Of a stretch of 64,000 bases of DNA, positions 25,501 to 35,540 are shown one piece after another. The translations under genes and the position numbers were made by a program. Source of the stretch: Raillietiella orientalis (Eukaryota); NCBI GenBank assembly GCA_036172245.1, contig JAYWIR010000028.1, forward strand, positions 2,852,001 to 2,916,000. The letters are read 5' to 3'. The notes beneath the pieces were generated by a model. That model had not been told where the DNA came from. It was given only the letters and a program-made list of their open reading frames with translations, and did no database searches. Positions within the stretch are counted from its first letter, which is position 1. Every line of letters starts with the position of its first letter.

Positions 25501-26910
25501 CAGGAAAAAATTATTGAAGGCGTAGACGTCCCGGAAACTAGCGGAAGCTAGTACCCCGAGTGTCCCGCCGAACAGACTTTTACGCTGGGGAGCGCTGCTC
25601 GACGTACTTTTGGAAGAGCTTAAGTGGCCCCCAGCGGCTTGGGATAACATCACCCTTCTCCTGCAGTGGCAGGAGACGGCGTTGCTTTTGCTCCATTGGG
25701 GACTTTTAAGCAGAGCACGCCTATCTCACTGGACATCGGAAAGTGTGGATGCCAACTGCACAGAGTGCGGGGAATGGGAGACCTTCCCCCCCTGATTCTG
25801 GAGTGTGTCGCCCTCCGGAAGATGTGGGACCGACTCTCGTCGATCCTGAACATTCCGGTGGGCGACCCCAAGAACCTATTTAGACGCCTCCTGATGCGGG
25901 ACGCCTTGCCAGCCTCCGGGTGTGTAGCAGTGCTCTGTTGCATACGCGGAATACTGGACAAGTGGACCGCGTCACGGAGAGGACATACCAGTCGGAATGC
26001 CATCCACTGGGCTGCCATCTCCTTAGAGAAGGCCTGCCGTTGGCGCCGACTTCGAAAGCATTTACAGGCACTTGTCCGCATCTGAAACCGGAAGCAGAGG
26101 CCTCCTCACGGCGTACCGAGATCTCCTCCCTTCCTCCCCCCCGCCCAAAAAACATTGTCACCCCAGGCGTTTTTCTTTTTTTGTTTTATTTTTATTTTTC
26201 CCGCCCCTGCACCAGTGTGGAGGACCTTATCGGCCTGCGACTCGGTAAGGACAAGTGTTACAAGACAGTCGGTTCATGTGTTCCGACTGAAAAACAAATC
26301 AACGCATAAAAACGTTACTTGAAAAGCAAAAATGACTTTATTATGAAATTTTTTGATTGTAAAAAATTTGAATAATAAAAGTCCCGGCTCACCCGGGTGA
26401 AAAGCTCTTCCTTGAAGAAATCCTCCTCTAGTCTCTTCCGTTGGAGGTCATCGGTCTTCCTCTCAAGATGGCTCAAGAAGATTTTCTGTATTGACTGACA
26501 CAGATGTTGTCGCCGGAAGTGTTCCGTGTATTGCCTTTCGAAGGCATCCACGATGTTCTCCGACGTGTGCCGGCTTTGATCGCCGTACTGGATTCGAAAT
26601 ATGTCTGTGGCCAGATTCTTCTTTTCCAACACGCCAACTCCCCCTTTTAAACTCTGGAGGACGTACCGACTCTCGTACTGATCGTACTACTTTGAGAGGG
26701 AGCGATCTCGGATGTTCAGCTCCCGGTACGCCTCTTACCTCAATCTTCTATCGCCGAATAGCATGTTCGCAAACAAATGTATTCTGTGCTTCAGGCTGTC
26801 CCATTCGGCGACTCTTCGGATCGTAGTGGTCTTCAGAATCGCCTCCAGGACCTCCTGATGACAGGGATGGTTCTCGAACCAGGCTGGCATGCTGATGAAC
26901 GCCGCCCTGG
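22540..26910 (-). mobile_element. L1/Tx1-clade LINE of a second family (E3): decayed ORF2 (linker, RT, CCHC), interrupted by E4
   Basis: GPD; PGRHMSDN; DMEEAFDTIGH; GVRQGYSLSPML; LAYADDL; KYLGV; CTACGDIDTSLHVLTC. Segment 26405-26910 (LEEDFFKEE) rejoins 24935 (VKTVFQEL) in frame once E4 is removed. Confidence 0.88.
24944..26404 (+). mobile_element. 5'-truncated Tx1-like LINE (E4) inserted in E3 with an 8-bp TSD
   Basis: LWGNRRPRVRLKELCAPRRDGGLGL, CTECGEWETF..LILEC, then the 3' UTR and terminal hairpin. TSD CTCTTCCT at 24936-24943 and 26405-26412. Confidence 0.9.
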
Positions 26911-27516
26911 TTTTTCACCCGGGTGAGCCGGGGCTTTTATTACTAAAATTTTCGCAATTACAAAAAATTCCATAATAAAGTCTTGATTTGTTAAATAAAG
27001 TTTTTTTTCCTTTCTTCAGTCGGGATACGTGGCCCGACTGTCTTGAGGCACTTGTCCTTAGCGACCCGAAGGCCGATAAGGTCCTCCACACTGGCGAAGG
27101 GGCGGGAAAAACAAAAGTAAAACAATAAAAAGAAAACTCCTGGGGGGTAATGTTCTTCGGGAGGGGGAGGGAAGGGAGGGAATCACGGTACGCCGTGAGG
27201 AGGCCTCTACATCCGGTCACGGATGCGGACGAGTGCCTGTAGATGCTTTCCAAGTCGGCGCCAACGGCAGGCCTTCTCTAAGGAGATGGCTGCCCGGTGG
27301 ATGGCATTCCTATTGGTATGTCCTCTCCGTGACGCGGTCCACTTGTCCAGTATTCCGCGTATGCAACAGAGCACTGCTACACACCCGGAAGCTGGCAAGG
27401 CGTCCCGCATCAGGAGTCGAAAGATGTTCTTCGAGTCGCCCCGTGGAATGTTCAAGATCGACGAGAGTCGGTCCCACATATCGCAAAGGGCAACGCACTC
27501 TAGGATCAACTCTAGG

Positions 27517-27696
27517 ATCCGTTTCCGCATGGGCTAAAATCAGCGGCTCCAGAGATGAGGACTTCTCCTGCCTCCGATGAGGCAGGACACTTCCCACGAT
27601 GCCTCCTGCTGTGGCTGACCAGCGTGCCTGCCTCTACGGAGGCAGGAGAAGTCCTCATCTCTGGAGCCGCTGATTTTAGCCCATGCGGAAACGGAT
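27517..27696. repeat. Perfect 60-bp inverted repeat with a 60-nt spacer
   Basis: 27517-27576 (ATCCGTTTCCGC...CCTGCCTCCG) is the exact reverse complement of 27637-27696. Confidence 0.95.
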
Positions 27697-27952
27697 TCCT
27701 GGAGCCAGGTAGTCCAGTCCGCAGGGATGCCGAAGATCCACGGGTTGTCCCTCAACAGGGCAACCAAGTCCGGCAGCTGAAAACCACAGTGGTTAAGGCT
27801 GCGATCGTTGGCTACTAGGTTTGAGGTCAATCCATGGCAGCCGGTTGCCCTGTGAGCGAGGAGTCTTGACGGTGCACACCAGGGTGCTGTCCAGTACTTT
27901 GTCACAAGGGCAAGTTTTCGGAATTGGAGCTGTCGCTCCATGCGCTCCAGCG

Positions 27953-29245
27953 TCAAGAGACCAAGTCCACCGTCCCTCCGTGGAGCGCACAGTTCTTTAA
28001 GACGGACGCGGGGCCTCCGATTGCCCCAGAGGGCTTTTCTAATGAAACCCCTTGTCCTTTTACGAATTTGGGGAGGGGTGGGGCATACAAAAAGTAGGGG
28101 GCGGAGGAGGGGGCCGCAAAAGCGTTCCACACCGCGGCCCGTTCCTGCAAGTAAAACTTGCCGTCCCGGAACGGGCCGATCGCCAACTCCACCTTTTGGA
28201 GACGGTCGGACCAGACTTTCGCAGCGCAGAAGTTCCCCAACGGAACGCCCAGGTACTTGAAGTACCCGTCCGTGGGGATCCCCAAGAGGATGCAGTCCGA
28301 CCGTCCTGTCCGCGACGAGTCCGAAGAAATGATCGACGACTTCGCCCTGTTTACCTCGAAGCCCGTCCCACGGTGCAGCAACTCAAAGAAATCTTCGAGC
28401 GCCGATGCCGGGGTGGACCCGGAAAGCAGAAGCAGAAGGTCGTCGGCATAGGCCGACACGGCAGGCGTGCCGGGACATGAGCTCGGCAGGGTTGCCAAAG
28501 TCTCCCTGTATGCTCTCAGCACCAACTCAAAGTAGATGCTGAAGAGCAGGGGGCTCAGGCTGTCACCCTGCCGGATGCCACGACAAACCGGCACGCCGTA
28601 CACGTGCCAAACGCTAATATTGATGTTAATTAACGCGGAGCGCCAGCAGGAGCGCAGGTACGCCAGGAAGACGGTCGGAAATCTCAAGCGTTCCAGGAGC
28701 TCCAGCAGGAGTTCCTGGTCGACGCAATCGAAAGCTTTACGCAAATCGACTGCGACCACATGGGCTTCGGGCGCCGCATCCTCCCCCCGGCTTCCCTTGC
28801 CCCGGTCAGTGAAGAGTCCAGGACTCTCCCGACTTAGCTGAGCCTCGCGCTGTTGCAACTGCCAAAAGGTGCTGGCGAGGAACAGGTTGGCCTCCATGGT
28901 TCGTCCGGGAACAGCGTAATTCTGTTCCGGACTGAACACGGATTCCGCTACCCGTCCCAGACGCTCAGCCCAGAGTTTGGCGAGCAGCTTTGCGTCCGCA
29001 TTCACCACAGTGATGGGACGCCAGTTGCCAAAGTTGCGCAAGTCTCCTCCCTTAGGGAGGAGACGTACTCTAGCTGACCGGAACGAGTTGGGGACATCCC
29101 CGCGTTCACGGATCGGCAAACACAATTTGAGCACCAGGGGAGCCAACTCTGCCGCGAAGTGTTGGTAGAATTCAGCTTGAAGGCCGTCTTCCCCTGGTGC
29201 TTTGTACTTTTTTAATTTTGAGATGGCGAAGACAATCTCCGCCAT
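27953..29245 (-). CDS. Reverse transcriptase domain of E5 (430-aa open segment of a disrupted ORF2)
   Basis: The non-LTR RT motifs, including YADD, are in one frame; frameshifts lie on either side. Confidence 0.85.
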   Translation of the reverse strand: MAEIVFAISKLKKYKAPGEDGLQAEFYQHFAAELAPLVLKLCLPIRERGDVPNSFRSARVRLLPKGGDLRNFGNWRPITVVNADAKLLAKLWAERLGRVAESVFSPEQNYAVPGRTMEANLFLASTFWQLQQREAQLSRESPGLFTDRGKGSRGEDAAPEAHVVAVDLRKAFDCVDQELLLELLERLRFPTVFLAYLRSCWRSALININISVWHVYGVPVCRGIRQGDSLSPLLFSIYFELVLRAYRETLATLPSSCPGTPAVSAYADDLLLLLSGSTPASALEDFFELLHRGTGFEVNRAKSSIISSDSSRTGRSDCILLGIPTDGYFKYLGVPLGNFCAAKVWSDRLQKVELAIGPFRDGKFYLQERAAVWNAFAAPSSAPYFLYAPPLPKFVKGQGVSLEKPSGAIGGPASVLKNCALHGGTVDLVS

Positions 29246-32049
29246 CGCAAATTCAAGTTGTATGGTGTGACGTTGCTCTTCCCTTAACGCGGGAGCACCC
29301 TCTGGCAGCAGACGCTGCGCAAAGGGGCGCTCTGGTGCCTTTCTTTCTCCTAGGATTTTCCGTCCTTAGGGAAAACCGCACCAACGGGTGATCCGACAGA
29401 GCGGTAAGCGTGTCGCGAAAACCCTGAATGCGGTTCCCTAGTTCGGTACTGTGAAGGACATGGTCGATCGGCTTGTGGGTAGCTGTTCGCCACAGCAGCC
29501 CGAACTCGTTGGACAACCGGAGATAAGTCGTCCTTCCTTTGGCGTCCTGGGAACGGGTGCTTTCTTCCAGGATGTTGAGATCGCCAGCGACGATCACGAC
29601 GTCTTTTGGAGCGACCCTTTCCCGGAGGGCTGCATGCAGAGCCTCCGCACACAGATCTTTTATTCTGTGTGGCCCGTACACACTCACCAGGAAGAGTTGA
29701 ACGGTAGCGGACCACGCCAGTCGCACGTCGATACTGCGTTCTGGAAAGGGACAGAAGACTTCCAGAATGGTGAGAACCAGGTGGTTCATGATCAAGACCG
29801 CCACACCTTCCGTGTTCCGCCGTCGCTCGCTGATGAACATCTGCCCATCGAGGCGTCGTTGCATATGTTGGCTGATCTGGAGACCCAGACTGTGAGTCTC
29901 CTGCAGGCATACGAGTTCTTGATGTGCGATGGTCCGCACAATTCTTTTTCATTTTCCCTGGTGGATTAAACCATTTACATTCCAGGAAGCGATGTTGATT
30001 CTCCTGGCGGTCGATAGGGACGAGGTCATAAAGGGAAAGGCTGACTCCTTGGCCTTCCTGAGCTTCTTCTGTCTCGGAGAGCGTGGTGCTTTCTCAGAAG
30101 AAGAGGGAGCGAGCTTCTCGTTGCCAGCATCACTCTTCGTCCCGGTGAGGTCGGTAAGAGCGGCCTCCTCGGTGGAGTGTTCGGCTCGGGCGATGAGCTT
30201 GCGAGGTAGAACCTTCAACGTAACCTTGGCGCAGAAGTTTGCCTTCACGTCGAGAAGCATATCCTTCAGCTTCTCGCGCTCGGCAGCCTACACCACCTGG
30301 CTGATGATTTCTTGCGCATTGCAGATGTTCTGCAGGAGTTGTTCCTGCTGAGCTCCGCTATGCGCCTCCGCCACTGCTACTGCCAGTTGTTCCACCACTT
30401 CGGTGGTCTGCAGGGCCTCCTGCGACATTGGGCTGTGCTCTGGCGTTTTTGACACCTCGCCTTCCTCCGCGACTTCCATCCTCTCGGCCTCCTCTGCCAC
30501 TAATTCTCTGATAAGATGAGTTTCCTGCTCTTTGACGAGCACCTTCCTCTTCTCCTTCTTTCCTAATTCTACAAAGCCGTCCGCCGAAACCGGAGCGGTC
30601 TCCTTCGACTTCGTCTGCTTCACCTGTTTCTGAGGTTTCGCGACCTCCTGCAAGACCTTTTCCCTCACGGGGAACTGGCCACGCATCGTCCAGTAGTTCG
30701 CGAACTCCGGAGAGCACCACCTGCATGCCCAGGCTGCTTGCAGAACGAGCACACCACGGGCATGTCGCAACTGCGCACCTGGTGTCCCTGCTTCCCACAG
30801 CGGAAGCAGCGAGACCTGGGGCAGGCACCCAATCGATGGCCGAAATTTTTGTAACCCGTTCAGAACACAGGTTGCTGGCTATAAGAGACAGAGACCTCCT
30901 GTGGGTCTCCATCAATGTGCACAATCCCAGGGATTCGTGCCTCCTTCTGCAGTTTCACCTTGGAGATCACCTCGCCAGAGAAGATCTTTCCGATAGGTTC
31001 TGGAATTCTACTTCCAGAACCCCCCAAACTTGGACAGAAAGTCCCAAACGGCATTCTGCTCGGTGGTGATGCCGACGCCTCTCAGGAAGACGGTCGTGTA
31101 CGGCATCTCGCCGATCCCACGAACTATCCCCCCCTGGATGTTGATGCCCTTCTCAATCAGGGCATCCCTGAGTGGTTCACTATCTGTATAGATAGTGAAC
31201 CCCGACGTACTCGGAATGATCACCAGCAGACCATCAAAGTCCACGTTTGCCTTAAATATGGCCAGGTACACCTCCGTTACGTTATTGAACCGGATGAGTT
31301 CGGTCTTAAAGGTAATGGGTTTCGATCCCGGACTAATCCGGACAATCAGCGCCTTAACTCTAGTGATTTGCCCTCTTTGGGGATTGCCAAATTTTCTCTG
31401 AGGCTATGCACTAGCCTGGCTAGCCGCCACCGCCGCGTACGAAAATGGCTGCACCACCGCAGCCGAACAAGATGGCGTCGCGTCCTGCACACTGTGCGCC
31501 ACGTGGACGCCCGCGGGTCCCGCCTGGGATTCCACCTCCGCTGCGGGAGCTACCCTCGATGCCGCCGCCGTCGTCGCCGCCGCGGGGGCGACCCTTGGCA
31601 TCCCTGCCGCAGGCGCGAACGTTGCCGCCGCGGGCGCGATCCTTGGCGGCGCCACCTCGCCAGTGCCGTATGTTACCTCCATTGCCATGGGGGACGTTGG
31701 CCTCTCCACTCCTTTTGCTGCCTGCATCCTCACGGCTGACACTGCCGCTAAGGAAGTTTGCAGGCCTTCCACCTTGGACTCCTCGGTTCTGCTACTGTAG
31801 GTAATGAAGATGGTCCTCGGTTGCACTGTCGCTTCCACACTAACTTTCACCTTCATTTGCCCTTTTGGAAGACACAAAAATTGCCGCGGCAGTGGTTTTA
31901 CGCACTGCTTTGGCGGGGTATTGGGTAAAGTTTTAAAGTAGCAATGATCGGCCTCCCTTTAGATCAGCGGCGGCGATACTGTCTGTGCGCGTAGCTGACT
32001 GACAATCCTCGTTTCAGCAGGAGAGGAGCGATCTCCTGAATGGCAATAA

Positions 32050-33430
32050 GGTTACTCCGTTGCCGCGTTTTAAAGGCGTGAGGAAAGCAGCGCCACTAGT
32101 GGCCGCAACGAAATCCACAGAGGTTTCCGCGGCAAAAGTCGCGAAAGCCTCCAAAAATCGTGACAACGAATGGAAGGTTGTGGAGAGGAGAAAAGGAACT
32201 TTTCCAAAAAATGACCCGCAATCTCTATTCCTGAGCCCTTCCAAGGAAAACAGCAGCCGCGCGAACAGAAAAACGCGCGCGGCGGTTCCTGCTGGCTTCT
32301 CAAAAGCCAGAGCCGTCAACGCGTGCAAGTCCACCTACGTGACCGCCGACCAGACGATTCCGCTGCGTTCAGGCGGACGCAATCGCACGTCGCTCGCGCG
32401 AGCATCAGACTCCGTGAAGAAGTGCGATGATGCCGCTGAACAACGCGTTACGCGCGCCGAAGCGGGAACCCGTAGGGCTGAAGCCCTCAGGCGTCAGACA
32501 CTTGCCGCGGAACGACAGGTTCTGCATCCGGGGAGGAGCACTCGATTGCGTGCAGCACGGTGGAGGCCGGTGGCGACCGCGCCCTCCAGCCCCTCGTGCT
32601 GCTTACTGCCCGCTCGTCGGGTGAGGCGAGCACCACGGCCTCGCATTCCCAGCCGTGATGAGGGCAATGGAGTCTTCTCGTCGTGTTGCCGTGGCGTCCT
32701 GGAACGTCAACGGGCTCCAACAAGACGAGAAGAGGCGACTAGTAGCTAACGCTCTGCGCGCCTTCGACTTGACGCGCCTGCAGGAGATTCACAGCATCTC
32801 CTACGAGCAGGCTGCCGAAATCGAACGGCGCGCGGGCGGAACGCTACTTTATAGGTGCGGCGTAGCTTTCCTCGTACGAGGAACTTTGGCGGGAGCGGTG
32901 CGCAGCGTTCGTTTCGACACGGAAGGCCGAGTGGGACAGCTTGTACTCAAGTGGTCCGACTCGATCGACCTTGTCGTAACCAACGTGTACGCGCCGAGCG
33001 GTGCTAAACGATGGGCCGGAAGGATTGATTTCTTCGGTACCATTCAGAGCCAGTGGCTCACTCGTTGTCACGCTACTGTAGCGCATCTCATTGCGGGGGA
33101 CTTTAACGTCCACCTGCTGACAGGGAATAGCGCACAAAAAAGGGAAAAGTTGCTAGTGGAAGAGATGTGCGCGTCCGTGCACGCGTGCAACTTGTTCGCT
33201 AACGACCCTGTTATGGCGGCATCGTCGGACCATGTATTCCTCGATGAACACTTGCTATCTCGAGTGGGTCGGAGAGGTCCCATGCCGTCCGTGCTTTCAA
33301 ACCACAACAGGCTCGAGTTCGAGTTGCTCCCGCCAGGCAAGGGGTCCCAAACTGTGTTTGGAGGATGCCGGCAGACTGGCTAATTCAACCAGAGACGCCG
33401 AAGTATCTTCGATCTCTGCAAAGCGTTCGA
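32050..33430 (+). mobile_element. Tx1-like LINE fragment: ORF1 tail plus APE endonuclease (E6)
   Basis: ORF 32655-33383: VAVASWNVNGL, LQEIH, NVYAPS, IAGDFN, DHVFL, LSNHN. Confidence 0.85.
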
Positions 33431-35540
33431 TTTTCACCCGGATTTCGCCGGGTCATTTATTTAAAAAGAAACTTTAACAGAGATGTCAGTGGCAACATAA
33501 AGCCTGCTGGGTCACCGGTTCGCAGACCGGTACGGTCCACCACGACAGCAGAGAGGACCGGGAAAAAAAAATCAGAGAAAAATTAAAAGTATATAGAGTG
33601 TATAAAGAAAGAAAAAGATTTGGGAGGCACGGAAAGGGATCACAGTCTGCTGTGGGGCCGTTACATCCTTTCTGGGATGCCGGCAAGCTCCTCTTGGATT
33701 TGTGAATCTAGATGGATCCATCCTGTCGCCATCCTCATAAATTCGGCGGCGCATTGGACGGCACCCTTATCGCGTGGTCTTCCCGTTGCCTTGCTCCAAG
33801 CGGCGACGATCCCGCGAAAGCAGCACAGGGCTGCTTACGAGGCCGAAGGGCGTCGCAAACGAAGAGGGATCTATTTCCGTCTCTGGGGTTGCCGCAGGGG
33901 ATGCCGATGGCCGTAGTGAAGCGGATCCGAAGGGGCTGAAGAGCAACACAATCCATAAGGAGGTGAGGGAAGGACTTCCGTTCCCCACACCAAACACAAT
34001 TGGAGTCACCGCTTCCCAGATCCAATGGTGTCGGTGGGCGTTGCAAGAGAGTCCCCAGAGCTGCAACAGTAGTGCCGACCTCCTGCCATTTTAAGAGGAG
34101 GGTGGAGGAATTCATCAGCACCGGGGGCCGTCGAAACTTCCAGCAGCTCGCCTTAGCGCAAAAGTTCAATAGGGGTGGTAATTTGGGTCGCAATATGCTG
34201 ACACCGCATGCGAACCGGGACAGTAACGCGATTGGTTCGCCAGAGTTTCCCTGTAGGCACTCAGCGCCAATTCGAAAAAGGCGCTGAAGAGCAACAGGCT
34301 CAGACTGTTTCCCTGCCGTAAGCCGCGTCGCACGGAACACCATATGCCCGCTGGAAAAGACATTGATAAGAGCGCCAGCTGGAGAGCAGGTAGGCCAACA
34401 AAGAGGACGGGAAGCCCAATCGCTCCACAAGATCCAGCAGGAATCTCTGGTCGAGCCCAGTCTCTGTTTTCTTTACCTTCTTTTTTTGCGCTTTTCCTTT
34501 CCTGGCCTTAATTAGCTGCCAGCCCTCTTCAACTCCCGCGTCCTCAAGAGCTACTTCCTCCGACGCTTGTGTGGGAGGAAGGAGGGCTGGCGGCTGCTGC
34601 CGGCCATTGGCACTTTTGGGACTTTCAACCTGTCTGTCTTTCTTCGCCTGCGCCTGTTTGGCGGCAGGGGGCACCGGGGTGGGGCGTTTTGGGTGCACGC
34701 GCCGAACATGGCCCCGCTCCCTGCATAAGTGGCACCGTATGTTCGGGCACCTCTTGCAAAGGTGCCCTACTGCGTTACAGTATCCACAGTAGCGAGGCTT
34801 CCCCACGTACCAGAGGTCGACCGACTCCTTTGCAACCTCCAGATAATGAGGGAGCCCACCATCCTCCTTTATGGTGCCACGCGCCGCGGCCTGGCCCCCG
34901 AATAGGCTGTTATAATTCTCAAAAATCGTGGGCATAGGCCAGAGCGCGTGCACCTGGCCATATTTTTGTAATTCCTCACTCACCGCAGAACGTGTCATGC
35001 GGCTCGTGATTCCGGTAAGATGGACCACAACGGAGCGGTCCATGGATATCAAGTAGATCTTGTAACCATCTACAACCAGCGGGGTGTTTATCAAGCGCTG
35101 TGCCAAAACGATGTCTTCGCAGACTACCTCTACGCGCTGACACCCGCTGAGGACGGAGAGGCCGTCAAAATCTTCTTGGATGTTCATGTCTTTTAAAGCC
35201 TTCGTAAAGGTTCGCGCCGTACGACCATCGAACAGGGTTCATACCTTGTAAACCAGTGATGGTTTGTAGTTGGTAGCCATGTAGGCCGCTTGTTCGGCAA
35301 ATGCTTCCGCGCTAGGCGAGGCCGCCATGGCACTCCAAGTCCTCGTCTTCGGCGAGGATGATTCCGGGGCAGATGCTTCTGACCCTGTAGGCTGTGGGGG
35401 CGAACTATCGTCCTTCACGCCTACGTCCATCGCGGAGTCCTCAGGCATCGTAGCCATCGGACACCAACGATGTGAAAACACACCACACAGAAAAACGCTT
35501 TTCGAGCCTTATTGACGGAGCGCACGAAAAACACGTCCAC
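33431..35540 (-). mobile_element. Internally deleted Tx1-like LINE with both termini retained (E7)
   Basis: 5' end GTGGACGTGTTTTTCG at 35540. ORF1 has one in-frame TGA (35239-35241) and the knuckles CGYCNAVGHLCKRC / CHLCRERGH. It is fused directly to an RT fragment (DQRFLLDLVERLGFP; RQGNSLSLLLF), then to the C-terminal CVWCGERKSFPHLLMDC, the 3' UTR and the terminal hairpin. Confidence 0.85.

Larger units (their letters stand above)
26911..31900 (-). mobile_element. Near full-length, disabled Tx1/L1-clade LINE (E5): ORF1 plus APE-RT-CCHC ORF2
   Basis: ORF1 remnants at about 31877-29950. APE motifs IASWNVNGL, LQETH, AGDLN, IDHV, LSDH (about 30000-29250). RT ORF 29245-27953 with APGEDG, NWRPITVVNADAK, DLRKAFD, RQGDSLSPLLF, YADD, KYLG. 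3' UTR and terminal hairpin at 26911. The 5' end is approximate. Confidence 0.93.

Noticed and set aside
26388..26927. TCACCCGGGTGA palindromes as a shared target site or TIRs
   Set aside because: They are the 3' termini of two convergent sister LINEs, and the E4 TSD lies outside the motif.
30915..31739. 274-aa plus-strand ORF and other antisense ORFs over the LINEs
   Set aside because: Shadow frames of GC-rich ORF1/ORF2 sequence, with no domain motifs.
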